A stretch of 64,000 nucleotides of DNA from a virus (Duplodnaviria; Caudoviricetes): IMG/VR virus record IMGVR_UViG_3300047313_000015, positions 1 through 64,000 of that record; one strand, given 5' to 3'. Within the stretch, counting starts at the first letter, position 1. Each line of letters opens with the position of its first letter. A model generated the notes under the pieces. The model worked only from the letters and a program-made list of their open reading frames with translations, was not told the origin of the DNA and did no database searches. This document shows positions 38,060 through 47,702 of this stretch, one piece after another. A program made the position numbers and the translations under genes.

Positions 38060-39643
38060 TCAGTAGACAAAGCCGATCTGACTGACCGGCTTACTGTGCT
38101 CATTGCCTTCCTCGTCCTTCCAGGTATAGACAGGCTCATCAAAGATTTCCTGAGTAAGCCAGTACCCGGCGCGGTCTGTAGCCATGACGCCTGCGACGGC
38201 GAGGTCAATCTTCCTGGGGGACTGGCGTGCGTCCTTCATCAGCCTGGACCCACGGGAGTCAGTCTTGAGCTGGGCGTTCTCCAGATGACGGGCCAGTCTC
38301 GGGTCACCATCATGGGAGATCTTCCTGGTAGAAACCATCTCGTAAAAACGTTGCGTGGCCGGTCCCATTCTGCCCAGCGTCTGCGGGAACACAACGACCG
38401 GCAGTCCCTCATCTTCTAGATCCTCCGCCGCGTCCAGCCATAGGTATTCGTCCCAGGCGATCTCACGTACACGGTAGTCCCGGCAGGCCTGGCGGATAGC
38501 GTCCTTGACAACACCTCGGGGCACGCGCCAGTCCGCATCATCGGATGGTTTCTCCCACAGGCCTATAACTTTGATTCTCGGGTCCGACTCGATGGTGACC
38601 GCGACAAGAGCAGTGCAGTCCCCGTTCTTCGAGCCGTCGAATCCGAGAACAACACCCTTACGGGGCTGTACGAAACCACGGTCGGAATCACGGCAGGCTT
38701 CCCAGCTTCCCTGCGGGAGCCATGCCTTCGCCTGGCTGACCCACTGGTTGAGTCTCTTGGTCCTGAACTCGTTCTCATGAACCTTCCTGACAACGGAGGA
38801 GAAGTCCTCTGGATCGATAAGATCCCCGTAACCCGGATTTGCGGCTTCCCAGACGGCGGGGTCACGGTGGTCTGCGCCTTTCGGCGCCCCGTACCACACC
38901 ATGAAGAACGTGGGGTCTGTCTCTTCGCCATTGGCGATCTTCTCGCCGTGCTGGAAACGGCGGTAGCAAATGGAGTCACCACCGGTCTGGTCCGTTTTTA
39001 CCCCGGCGGTTGTGATGATGATCAGCAGCGGGTCCTTGCGGGCTCCGAAAGCCTGTACCATAACGTTGTACAGCTCGTCGGTGGGCGCTGCGTGAAGCTC
39101 GTCGTAGATGACTACGGAAGGGTTAAGACCTTCCTTCGTGAAAGCCTCGGAAGAAAGAACCTTATAGATGGAACCGTTCTCCGTGTACTCCAGTGCGTCC
39201 CGGTAGATCTTGATCATGCCACCCTGGGAGGCGTCCAGCTCCGGGTCCAGTTCCACCATCCTGCGGGCGACGTTAAAAACGATCCTGGCCTGGTCCTTGT
39301 CCGCAGCACAGGAATAGACCTCTGCGCCAGGGTCACTGCCAATAAGACCGTAGAGGCCATAGGAGGAACCAAGAGCGCTCTTTCCGTTCTTACGGGGAAG
39401 GCCGATCAGTGCCTCACGATGACGAAGCCTGCCATCAGGACGCCTGGCAAAAACACGGGCGGTATCGATGGACTGCCATGGCCGCATTCGCAGCAGCGTA
39501 CCGGCGGATCCTCCCCAGGACTCCTTGGTAATCCGGCAGTAGGACTCTATGAATTCCGTGACAATGGCACCTTCGCCGCGCTCGATATCAGCGTCGGGCA
39601 CCGGGGTCATGATCAGAGGAACAGCAGACATTTCAGAATTCAC
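38060..39643 (-). CDS. terL: terminase large subunit
   Basis: PRKNGKS Walker A, YDELH Walker B, GFDGS, KIDLAVA. Confidence 0.95.
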   Translation of the reverse strand: MNSEMSAVPLIMTPVPDADIERGEGAIVTEFIESYCRITKESWGGSAGTLLRMRPWQSIDTARVFARRPDGRLRHREALIGLPRKNGKSALGSSYGLYGLIGSDPGAEVYSCAADKDQARIVFNVARRMVELDPELDASQGGMIKIYRDALEYTENGSIYKVLSSEAFTKEGLNPSVVIYDELHAAPTDELYNVMVQAFGARKDPLLIIITTAGVKTDQTGGDSICYRRFQHGEKIANGEETDPTFFMVWYGAPKGADHRDPAVWEAANPGYGDLIDPEDFSSVVRKVHENEFRTKRLNQWVSQAKAWLPQGSWEACRDSDRGFVQPRKGVVLGFDGSKNGDCTALVAVTIESDPRIKVIGLWEKPSDDADWRVPRGVVKDAIRQACRDYRVREIAWDEYLWLDAAEDLEDEGLPVVVFPQTLGRMGPATQRFYEMVSTRKISHDGDPRLARHLENAQLKTDSRGSRLMKDARQSPRKIDLAVAGVMATDRAGYWLTQEIFDEPVYTWKDEEGNEHSKPVSQIGFVY

Positions 39644-39680
39644 CTTTTAGTATACCAGCCATGATTGTTACCGGCGTCAT

Positions 39681-40016
39681 TTATGTAACTTTTGGCATAG
39701 GCCCGGAGTCATCCCCGTTAGCCTGTGACCTCCTGCGGAGCCTGATGTTCTCTCGGTTGAGCCGGATAATCTCATCGTTCTGGTCAGTGAGCTGGCTGCC
39801 CTGACGCTGGACTTCCCGCTCTAGCTGGTCGATGGTGCCCTCATAGATGGTTTTCGCACGGCCCCATGCGTCATTGTCCACCGAACGGAAATATGACCCA
39901 GGATCCTGCTGAGTCACCTGAGTAGATACGGCACGGGTAGACGCCATCCAGATAACAACTGTGATTGCAATTCCGATGACACCGATGATAAGAGCTACGA
40001 GAGTTCCTGGGTCCAT
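39681..40016 (-). CDS. membrane-anchored coiled-coil protein
   Basis: N-terminal TM helix then heptads. Confidence 0.65.
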   Translation of the reverse strand: MDPGTLVALIIGVIGIAITVVIWMASTRAVSTQVTQQDPGSYFRSVDNDAWGRAKTIYEGTIDQLEREVQRQGSQLTDQNDEIIRLNRENIRLRRRSQANGDDSGPMPKVT

Positions 40017-40421
40017 TTACCGATCCTCCACCTTAAATCTTCTCTGCTCAGGCCAGAAGGAAACGATGCCGGTCAGCATGGCGAAGCCCAGGAAAACCGT
40101 GGCGGTAATCCACCCGTAGGGGTTGGAGCCATTGAACCAGGCCACGAACATCTGCATTCCCCAGAGGAACTGAATAAGAACGGACAATGAGAAAGCCAGC
40201 CTGTCCCAGATTGCAAAAGCCTCCACCAGGCATATGACCCCCGCCATAATCCACGCAATGCCCCATGCCAGAGATGACGGGAAAAGGTGGATAACAGCGA
40301 GTGCAGGATTGGTGATCGAGATCAGTGACCACCCGTAAACAAAATCAATCAGGGCGAGGAACAGAAGAAAGCTTCCTCTCCGCCCCACGCGGACTACCAG
40401 TCCCCTCAGCTTGTTCAGCAT
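40017..40421 (-). CDS. 4-TM membrane protein
   Basis: GRRG then four hydrophobic segments; common actinophage membrane protein type. Confidence 0.7.
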   Translation of the reverse strand: MLNKLRGLVVRVGRRGSFLLFLALIDFVYGWSLISITNPALAVIHLFPSSLAWGIAWIMAGVICLVEAFAIWDRLAFSLSVLIQFLWGMQMFVAWFNGSNPYGWITATVFLGFAMLTGIVSFWPEQRRFKVEDR

Positions 40422-40930
40422 CAGCTTGCCTTTCCCTTGCGTTTTTCACTTATCTTTTTCTGGAGACCGGCCATCTTGGACTGACGCTCAATTTCGGCCA
40501 GGCCAAGACGTGCCCTGTCAGTGGGACTGAAGCCTATGGTTGAAAGGCATTTACGGATCACTGCTTCCGCGTCACGGATCTCACGGAGCAGCGGGTTGGC
40601 GGCCATATGACCGGCGTACCCCTTTACGATAAGGCCGGTCTTATCGATCTCCTCGCGGAATGCCGTGATGTCGTCATAGGCCCGGGAGACCATTTCCACC
40701 CAGTGGTAATCCTGGTCCGGGTGCAGCCATATTCTACCAGCGGTCCATACCTTGTGCCATTCCTCGACTCCCCTGGGGCCAAGGCCATCCGGAGGGTCTG
40801 GAGTTACCGCTACCACTTTCCCGGTGACTACCATATCGGTGCCAGGGCGGTGACCGCCCGGGAGCAGGCCGTCTCCCCGGGCTGATATCTCCCGGCGCTC
40901 TCTCGGGATTGGCGGTCGTCCTGCTGGCAT
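40421..40930 (-). CDS. terS: terminase small subunit (P27 family)
   Basis: GRPP start, NPL, GFSPTDRARLG. Confidence 0.88.
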   Translation of the reverse strand: MPAGRPPIPRERREISARGDGLLPGGHRPGTDMVVTGKVVAVTPDPPDGLGPRGVEEWHKVWTAGRIWLHPDQDYHWVEMVSRAYDDITAFREEIDKTGLIVKGYAGHMAANPLLREIRDAEAVIRKCLSTIGFSPTDRARLGLAEIERQSKMAGLQKKISEKRKGKAS

Positions 40931-41271
40931 TAAACCCTCTTAATGATCTCTACCGGATTGGAAGTGTTACCGAAATCGAACCACTCCCCGTCCGGGCGGA
41001 TTCGTTCACGGGAGAAATGCTTATGCAGCCAGTCCTCATACTGAAAGGAGTCAGGACGGTACATGATCGCCTTCACTTCCAGCCGCCACGGGCATCCCGT
41101 CTGAAGAGTAGCCAGCCGCTTTTTAAGATCCTTCGTAACGCCGATCTTGACGATACCGTTGAAATGAGGATCCTCGAAGCCGATGATATAGAGGCAAAGG
41201 CTGGATGCCGGTTCCCTCCTAGTAGTCGTCGTCCGGCTGCTCGATCTGAATAGTATGTCTCGTAGTGCCAT
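40930..41271 (-). CDS. GIY-YIG (T5orf172/MUG113-like) nuclease
   Basis: LYII...VKIG...RL..LQTG...E..LH...GEWF. Confidence 0.8.
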   Translation of the reverse strand: MALRDILFRSSSRTTTTRREPASSLCLYIIGFEDPHFNGIVKIGVTKDLKKRLATLQTGCPWRLEVKAIMYRPDSFQYEDWLHKHFSRERIRPDGEWFDFGNTSNPVEIIKRV

Positions 41272-41569
41272 TACCGTTGCCTCCCGATATCTTATGACTA
41301 ATTATAGTGGCGGAGATCACCTGGTTCCCTTCCTGGGCTTTTGTCAGCGCGCCTTCAAGAATCTTCCAGCTTGTCACAGTGTCCAGCCGAATGCGAAGAA
41401 TGAACCCGAGGGCTGTAACGAACCCGGTAGCCATGCTGATAACGGCAATAGCAAGAAGCATCAGGATAGATCCCTGGAATATCACCGCTACGATTGAGGC
41501 GACAGTGATTCCCAGAACCAGTCCTATCACGCTAGCGGTGATGGTCAGCCTGGATATTATCTTACGCAT
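41219..41569 (-). CDS. 2-TM membrane protein
   Basis: two hydrophobic helices, coupled to the FtsK gene. Confidence 0.65.
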   Translation of the reverse strand: MRKIISRLTITASVIGLVLGITVASIVAVIFQGSILMLLAIAVISMATGFVTALGFILRIRLDTVTSWKILEGALTKAQEGNQVISATIISHKISGGNGNGTTRHTIQIEQPDDDY

Positions 41570-43358
41570 TCTCGTACCACCTCATGATGCCGTCCTTCGG
41601 GTAGATGTGAGGTGCCCTCGGCCCGTTCCCCCTGCGTCCCACCGACTCGGGGAACTTACCGTCCATTGCGGCTACGCTCCTGTCTCTTGCCTTCCGGATA
41701 GCAGCCAGGGTCTTTCCTGAACATAGACGCTGAGCCTCCGCCAGGGTTACTGTCTCCAGCGTTGGGACTACCTTAACGTCGTCCTTAACGATCTCCCCGG
41801 TGATCACCGGTATCGCGGGAAGTGGATCACTTACGACAGCAGGCACTGATGTCCATGTCGGGAAGGGGGTGACGGTTCCATTGCTGGCCAGCTCCCTGGC
41901 CTCCGCCCCGGTCAGGTAGGCCACCTGGCACATCTGGATCTTTGATGTCACGACCTGAACCCGGCCAGGCTTCATTGACCTCGGTGGCATATCATGCTCG
42001 GGGACCAGCATCTTCCAGGCATTGCGGGTATAACGGCCGAGAATACGGATGCCCATATTCTCACGGGCTGCTCCTGAGCCTGCCGCGAGTGCCGTCATCA
42101 TCTGCGCTACAGCGAACATGTTGATTCTCACCTGACGGCCCATGAAGAGCGCGCCCTCCAGGGCCTCGATAGCCGGTGACTTCTTCCCCTCATCCTTGGC
42201 CCGGTTGTCCGTCCAGTAGCGACGGAGCCTTGCCATTCCCTCGTTCATCTCCTCCGCGATAACCAGGATTCTCGGTCCTACGTTAGCATGGACTTCACCT
42301 TCAAGGTCCACACCTACATCGGCCACCTGGGTACGGCGGTTAATCTCATGCTCCAGCCATAGAAGTGCGTCATGAATCTCCTTGATAGAACGTGCATAGC
42401 GGACGTTCGGAAGATCTCTGGCCCAGGTATGGGAAAGTCGCTTGATGTCGAGGATCATGACGATACCGCCATTGTGGAGGATCTGTGCTGCGGCAAGACG
42501 GGCCAGTTGTGACTTGCCTCCGCCTGCTGCGATGGATAGGCCGAAGTGGGGCGAATCCGCCGCGATGCTTACCCTTACCACTTCGTTACCACGGCCAAGT
42601 CCAAGCACCACACTGTCCTGGGTGCTGGCCTCGATAGCCGGAACGATGTCGGCCAGGGAGACCTTCTCCGGTGGTGGCTCCTGGGACTTCACTTCCACCC
42701 AGGATGAGTTGTCTTTCAGGTTCCAGACTACGGCGGAGTCATCAGCCATTCCCACCGTTTCCCTGATTATGTTCGTGATCTTGGTTCGGTCACCGTCACC
42801 AGGATGGAAGTTCTTGGGCAGGAGGGCGCGAACGGTGTTGCGGTCAGAGGAAACATTGATCCACTGCCTCGGCTTGGCATTCAATGGGACACCCACTACC
42901 GGGGCCAGTGTCTTGTGGAGAGGCTTGGCCACAGTCTTATCGTTCTTGAACCGGACCCGGATCTTCGTCACTCTCCAGACGAACTCGCCAACGATCATAA
43001 AGACACAAGCCACAAGAAACAAATCCCATCGAAAAGCAAAGGTGGACCCGGGAAGGTACACGTTAGCTAGCCAGGTGAAGAGGGCGACTGGCGGGCCAAG
43101 GGTCCATCCTGTACGCTGGAGCGCTTTGTGCACACGGATCTTAGCCTCGTAGCCCCCCTGGTTAGGATCATAGACCGCCTTATAGCGGTGTTTGTTATCC
43201 TTGCTGATACCGTGGTGCTGCCGCCCGGAGAACCAGCGGTAGAGAACAGGCAGAAGCCCATGACGGCGCACATGCGCCCGGAAGGACTGGTACAGTCCAG
43301 CGATAACGATCATGATCACGCCTAGCAAGATCAACGCCGCAAGGATCATGAGACACAC
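41562..43358 (-). CDS. FtsK/SpoIIIE-family DNA translocase (TraB-like)
   Basis: N-terminal TMs, SPH...GGGKS, LDIK, ILVIAEE, GR.VRI...Q, PGR; C-terminal HTH-like domain. Confidence 0.8.
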   Translation of the reverse strand: MCLMILAALILLGVIMIVIAGLYQSFRAHVRRHGLLPVLYRWFSGRQHHGISKDNKHRYKAVYDPNQGGYEAKIRVHKALQRTGWTLGPPVALFTWLANVYLPGSTFAFRWDLFLVACVFMIVGEFVWRVTKIRVRFKNDKTVAKPLHKTLAPVVGVPLNAKPRQWINVSSDRNTVRALLPKNFHPGDGDRTKITNIIRETVGMADDSAVVWNLKDNSSWVEVKSQEPPPEKVSLADIVPAIEASTQDSVVLGLGRGNEVVRVSIAADSPHFGLSIAAGGGKSQLARLAAAQILHNGGIVMILDIKRLSHTWARDLPNVRYARSIKEIHDALLWLEHEINRRTQVADVGVDLEGEVHANVGPRILVIAEEMNEGMARLRRYWTDNRAKDEGKKSPAIEALEGALFMGRQVRINMFAVAQMMTALAAGSGAARENMGIRILGRYTRNAWKMLVPEHDMPPRSMKPGRVQVVTSKIQMCQVAYLTGAEARELASNGTVTPFPTWTSVPAVVSDPLPAIPVITGEIVKDDVKVVPTLETVTLAEAQRLCSGKTLAAIRKARDRSVAAMDGKFPESVGRRGNGPRAPHIYPKDGIMRWYENA

Positions 43359-43575
43359 CTCATCTGGAGGAGGCCTTCTGTCATGATGTTTCTTGGTATG
43401 TTTCGGTTAGTTTGCCTCATGGTTAGTTCTAAGCCCTCTCGCCTCTCTCACGCTGGCAAAAGCCATTAGCCAGGCTAATGAGTCTTGCTAACTAAGCCAT
43501 TCTTTTCCGGCTGCAAAAACCATTAGCACGGGTAACTACCGCCGGTTTGACTTCCGGGGCTCCAGCGGGTAATCT

Positions 43576-43824
43576 CTAGGTATGAATACCGCACCGAGGA
43601 TCACAGCCCGCACCTGCAACGGTCACCTGCATGTCAGGGTCCGGCACGGCTGGATAGACGCCGAAGGACTGACCGCAGTGATCATTATTATCATTATAGT
43701 GGCCGCACGAATCGCGCGGGCGCTTGTGCTCATGATGACCAGGATAACCGTCCGTGCCATCATGCTCATCGTCCCGGTGGCCGCGCGGCTGGTCAAGATC
43801 GTTACTATATGGTCTGCCCGCCAT
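43576..43824 (-). CDS. hypothetical His/Asp-rich protein
   Basis: operon orientation; weak support. Confidence 0.4.
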   Translation of the reverse strand: MAGRPYSNDLDQPRGHRDDEHDGTDGYPGHHEHKRPRDSCGHYNDNNDHCGQSFGVYPAVPDPDMQVTVAGAGCDPRCGIHT

Positions 43825-43856
43825 CTGGCCGGTATCGTTCTGGCCTTCCGCGCTTT

Positions 43857-44405
43857 CTACGTGCCGTAGTGGTTATCGAGGATGAATTTCTCCCAATCGG
43901 CCGGAGTGACATGCCGGTAATCCCTCGGTGACGGGCACGGCAGATTAGCCCGGTCATACCCGTATGCGGCCAGTGAGCTGCACACGATATGGCCGGGCAG
44001 TTTGCCGTCCACCTTCTCATGCCAGATATCCGCCAGCCCGAATTTACGGGAGAATATCTGCCCGCCATCCTCAGCTATAGCAGCCCAATCGTAGGCCGTA
44101 CCTATCATCGCTTCCATGATGACGGCAATGGACATTCTGGCCTCATCGGTAATCGCCTGGCTTGTGTTGGCAACGGTCAGCGGGTGAGCGATGTATTTGG
44201 CGCAGTCCACCCATCCAACACCCCCTGGGCGGCCCTCTATGCCCCACAGAACGCCGTTGGGCGCGATGTGGTGGACTACTGCCACATGATGCGCTGCGGG
44301 CTCACCGTCGAATACAGCGCCGATCTCGATCGACTCAGCGACGACAGAGGATCCTCCGCAGATCACCAGAATGCTGGCGGGTTTGAGGTCTTTGGTGTTG
44401 ATCAT
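43857..44405 (-). CDS. permuted papain-like amidase (YaeF/YiiX, C92-like)
   Basis: HVAV...IEG, IGTAYDW, VCSSL, TPAD; AAGGAG RBS. Confidence 0.7.
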   Translation of the reverse strand: MINTKDLKPASILVICGGSSVVAESIEIGAVFDGEPAAHHVAVVHHIAPNGVLWGIEGRPGGVGWVDCAKYIAHPLTVANTSQAITDEARMSIAVIMEAMIGTAYDWAAIAEDGGQIFSRKFGLADIWHEKVDGKLPGHIVCSSLAAYGYDRANLPCPSPRDYRHVTPADWEKFILDNHYGT

Positions 44406-45079
44406 GGTTTTACTCCCTTGCGGATATTGCATCCCAGATGGGCCGCTTGCACATTATCCCAGACATGCCCACCACCCCTGGACATGGCAATAATGTGATC
44501 AATGGAACCGTATCCCGGATCCGGGTATTTGACATCTCTCCTGATCACGGGAAAGTCACAGCCAAGCTGACATAGCCAATTGTCACGGTCTAGGACATCC
44601 TCTCTAGTGATAGATCGATCGAACGGGACACCAAAGCGTTTGGCACGGGCACGGTGGTTTTTGGGAAGTGGAATGTAGTCTGCCCATTTGATCCGATTGG
44701 CTTCACCCGCGCCGCGAGACGCCCTTTTCTGGGCGCATGGACGGCTGCATGTCATAGCTTGGTTCCGTTTTGCCATGAATATTTCGCCGCATTCGGGACA
44801 GATTTTCTCGTATTTGGCTATTTCATGATCATGACGCCATGTATTCCGGCAGATTCGAGAACAAAACCGTCCTACAGGGTTTCCTCGGGTGTAAACCGAC
44901 CCGCACCGGTCACAATTTCTAGTTTGGGGTCCTCTGTAACCTTTCCGGATTCGCTCTTGTTCTTGCCGTGCTGTTTTTCGGCATACGTCCGAGCAATATC
45001 GGGTCGGGCGACCCGCTGATGCAATGACCTGCTGAAACTCTGCTTCGCAGTAGCCGCAGATCAATACCTTTATCTTCAT
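44402..45079 (-). CDS. HNH endonuclease with Zn-ribbon repeats
   Basis: RDNWLCQL, IDHII...GG.H...N.Q.AH..CN..K. Confidence 0.88.
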   Translation of the reverse strand: MKIKVLICGYCEAEFQQVIASAGRPTRYCSDVCRKTARQEQERIRKGYRGPQTRNCDRCGSVYTRGNPVGRFCSRICRNTWRHDHEIAKYEKICPECGEIFMAKRNQAMTCSRPCAQKRASRGAGEANRIKWADYIPLPKNHRARAKRFGVPFDRSITREDVLDRDNWLCQLGCDFPVIRRDVKYPDPGYGSIDHIIAMSRGGGHVWDNVQAAHLGCNIRKGVKP

Positions 45080-45149
45080 AAATGCAGTATATCAGCGGTG
45101 ATGGGAGTGGGGAGGTGGGTGCATAACTATGCAGGTCAGGACCATGATC

Positions 45150-45245
45150 ATCTAAAACCGGGAAACATACGGCGCAAAGTGTACAGACTGGCGAAGCACG
45201 GGTCCGTAAGGCCATTGTTTGGCGACTTTTGACCCCCCTACCCCT
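45150..45245 (-). other. candidate cos / packaging-initiation region
   Basis: minus strand GGGTAGGGGGGTCAAAAGTC...GACCCGTGCTTCGCC resembles the G-rich signature beside cos in HNH/P27-TerS phages; boundary of divergent transcription. Confidence 0.45.
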
Positions 45246-45299
45246 GCCATTCCCCTATTGGTATGCAAATGACTGCATAACTATGCACAGTGCCATTGT

Positions 45300-45925
45300 A
45301 TCTGCCTGCCTGATGAATGGCACGTGATAGGCACGGGCACGGCACCCTATTGGCAGGTCATAGGCACAGTGGCCACGGTGCCCGGTCACCATCCCTACTG
45401 GCATTGGGCACGGCTGAGTGGTGACCATGGCAAGCATGCCTATTTACCTCCGCTATGCATGGTCACTGATGACCATGGTTGTTAGCTAGGCTAATGGCAT
45501 GCTATGCGCATATAGGGACTGCCCGCCTATGCATAGGGACTGTCACCCCATCACCAGTGGCCAGCCTGCCTGCTATGCACAGACCATGGCCACGTATGGG
45601 CACAGTGCCAGGCCACTAGCTGGGCACGGTGCGCACTGGTGGCCAGCCTGCCTGCCCTACTGCCTGCCCGGCCCGCTAGCTACGGCCAGCCTGCCTGCCC
45701 TGCGTGCTAGCTGCGCGGCCCCACATGCCACGGTGGCAGCCTGCCAGCCTGCCCGGGTGCACCGGCCCTAGGTCGGTAGCTAGTCCGCTCTGCCTGCCCC
45801 GTGGTGGGCATGCGCGACCAGGTAGCACACATGAGAGTGACTCTCACTTACATAAGGCCTGGTCAGGGGGCCGCCGGGATAGCTGTATCTCGATATTCAG
45901 TGGCCAGCCTGCCGCTAGCCTGCCC
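45300..45925 (+). repeat. oriented 8-mer repeats (A/T)GCCTGCC in a noncoding region
   Basis: AGCCTGCC at 45563, 45645, 45688, 45738, 45746, 45906, 45917; TGCCTGCC at 45303, 45661, 45791. Confidence 0.7.
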
Positions 45926-46104
45926 TCCCACGTATATGCAGGTCAGAGGGCATGCTCACTATGCGGTAGTTAGTTAGCAGCAGTAACGACTGAACCGGAC
46001 ATATGGGTGCATAATCAAGATCAACAAATAAAGTTTCAAGATTCTTTAGCGGACGTTTCCGCAGGTCAGACGGGGTGATACCCGTGGAATCGGACATATC
46101 GGTG

Positions 46105-46133
46105 TTGACTCTGCCCAGATATCTACTTAAGCT
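46105..46133 (+). promoter_or_regulatory. strong sigma70-type early promoter
   Basis: TTGACT-17nt-TAAGCT. Confidence 0.8.
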
Positions 46134-46139
46134 CAGCGT

Positions 46140-46570
46140 AGCTTCACAGAACGGCAGCAAGGCAAGGCGGTTGGAACAGCCGCCGGGTTCGCGGGTAAGG
46201 CCCCGATTCACGGGCACGCCAGCACCGGCCAGACTTTCACCGCACCGGGGCTACAACTCCCATGCAAAACGCGAGTATGGGATCCCCCGCCACAAGGGCA
46301 ATGCCTGAAAATGACACCCCTCTTGCTAACTGGCACATCGTGAGATTCCGCCTCTGTTCAGCGCGTGACCGTTCGGGCTATCTGCCCTGGTCCGCATGCG
46401 CAACGTGTGCACGGGAATCTCTTCCGAACTAACGTTTTACCGCTTTTCCAGATAGTTTCACCGATCACAACCTAGGAAGATACAGCGCACCCAATCCGGC
46501 AGACTTAACCGTCTGGTGGATTGCTAGCCTGTTGATTGCCTGGCACGGTTCGCGACCGATTGTGATCGCT
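46140..46570 (+). ncRNA. candidate structured leader / ncRNA
   Basis: no credible ORF; several nested stems. Confidence 0.5.
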
Positions 46571-46572
46571 AC

Positions 46573-46636
46573 GGCAACGCTGCGCATGGTGGCCAGCGGA
46601 TGATAGCCCGTGACGGTTCGATTCCGTCCGTTGCCA
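46573..46636 (+). ncRNA. tRNA-like element with stunted anticodon arm
   Basis: GGCAACG/CGTTGCC acceptor, GACGG-TTCGATT-CCGTC T arm, discriminator A. Confidence 0.65.
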
Positions 46637-46659
46637 CGTAAGGCAGAGAATCACTTGAG

Positions 46660-46715
46660 CTAGTGCTCTTACTGGCGGATAGGCACCATGCCTATCCGCT
46701 CGGTATGTCCGCTAG
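46660..46715 (+). promoter_or_regulatory. conserved intergenic hairpin, copy 1 (CTAGTGCTCT...TGTCCGCTAG)
   Basis: same ends as the copies at 48373 and 48731. Confidence 0.7.
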
Positions 46716-46737
46716 ACCAACCAAGCGAGGGGCAAAA

Positions 46738-47019
46738 ATGGACATCACCGTCAACGTCTATGTCGGGGCGGATAACGCTACCGGCACAATCGACACTGAC
46801 AAGATCGCTGCAATTGCCGCACGCAGGCACGATGGCTTCACTATCCTGCCCGCGCTTGGCTACTGGCAGGGACAGTCCGAACCGTCCGTCATGATCGTTA
46901 TCGCTGACGACAGTGACAAGATCTCTGCCACCGTCAGCGACCTGGGCCGCGAATTGGCGCAAGACGCCATTGCAGTTCAGACCGTCAACCCACTCACTTT
47001 CGTGAGCGATTACCGCTAG
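46738..47019 (+). CDS. putative SAM lyase-like (T3 0.3-like) small protein
   Basis: GYWQGQSEPS...LAQDAIAV matches the G(Y/W)..E.S...Q(D/E).V pattern; first gene of the cassette. Confidence 0.5.
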   Translation: MDITVNVYVGADNATGTIDTDKIAAIAARRHDGFTILPALGYWQGQSEPSVMIVIADDSDKISATVSDLGRELAQDAIAVQTVNPLTFVSDYR

Positions 47020-47067
47020 CTGATTTGTCCGGGCACGGTGCGAACCGTGCCCGTTCATGTTCGCTAG
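47016..47067 (+). promoter_or_regulatory. intergenic hairpin variant (CTAGC...TGTTCGCTAG)
   Basis: CGGGCACGGT-GCGA-ACCGTGCCCG upper stem. Confidence 0.6.
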
Positions 47068-47090
47068 ACCCAACGATGAAAGGTACTGAC

Positions 47091-47426
47091 ATGACATTCC
47101 GCACCGGCGACCGTGTATGGTCCGCTAACGGCAATCTCGGCACCGTGACCAACGTTTCCGACGGTAGCCTGCTGGTCTCTGTCCTGCTGGACACCGGGCA
47201 CACCGTTACCTGCCTGGCCAGGCTGTGCACGGTTGCGCCATACGTGATCGATCCCGCCAACCTCACCGATGCGGAGATGGCCGCCGGTATCCAGCGCGGA
47301 CTGTCGGACGGTTCGCTCATCGACGCAGCCGACTGGATGGCGGCGAACGCGCCGGAAAGCCACCCATTCAACGATGATGGCAGCGATCCCGGCAACTGTG
47401 CCACGTGTCATTTCTTCCACAAGTGA
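47091..47426 (+). CDS. hypothetical protein
   Basis: GAAAGG RBS. Confidence 0.7.
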   Translation: MTFRTGDRVWSANGNLGTVTNVSDGSLLVSVLLDTGHTVTCLARLCTVAPYVIDPANLTDAEMAAGIQRGLSDGSLIDAADWMAANAPESHPFNDDGSDPGNCATCHFFHK

Positions 47427-47437
47427 GGATAGACGCC

Positions 47438-47611
47438 ATGCGTAAGCCCACCAGCGTTCAGCTAGCAAACGCTCGCAGGTCCATTCCTGTGCATCACCCG
47501 GCAACGCCGGACTTGCGCGAGTCATGGTCCGTGGATAACCCGCACGGTGCGGAAATCCACTACCCAACGCACGATGAGGCAGCCGCAGCGGCGCGCACCG
47601 GTATTTACTGA
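47438..47611 (+). CDS. hypothetical protein
   Basis: GAGGA RBS. Confidence 0.55.
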   Translation: MRKPTSVQLANARRSIPVHHPATPDLRESWSVDNPHGAEIHYPTHDEAAAAARTGIY

Positions 47612-47702
47612 CCGGTAGTGAGCACGGCGCACAATCTCCCGGGAATGTGCGCGGTGTCCTTTACCGGACCAACCAAAAATCCTGCACATGAGAGGCCCTA
47701 AA

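Noticed and set aside
43582-43869. + strand ORF with an IIIIIIV run
   Set aside because: Shadow of the minus-strand His/Asp-rich ORF, against operon direction, no RBS.
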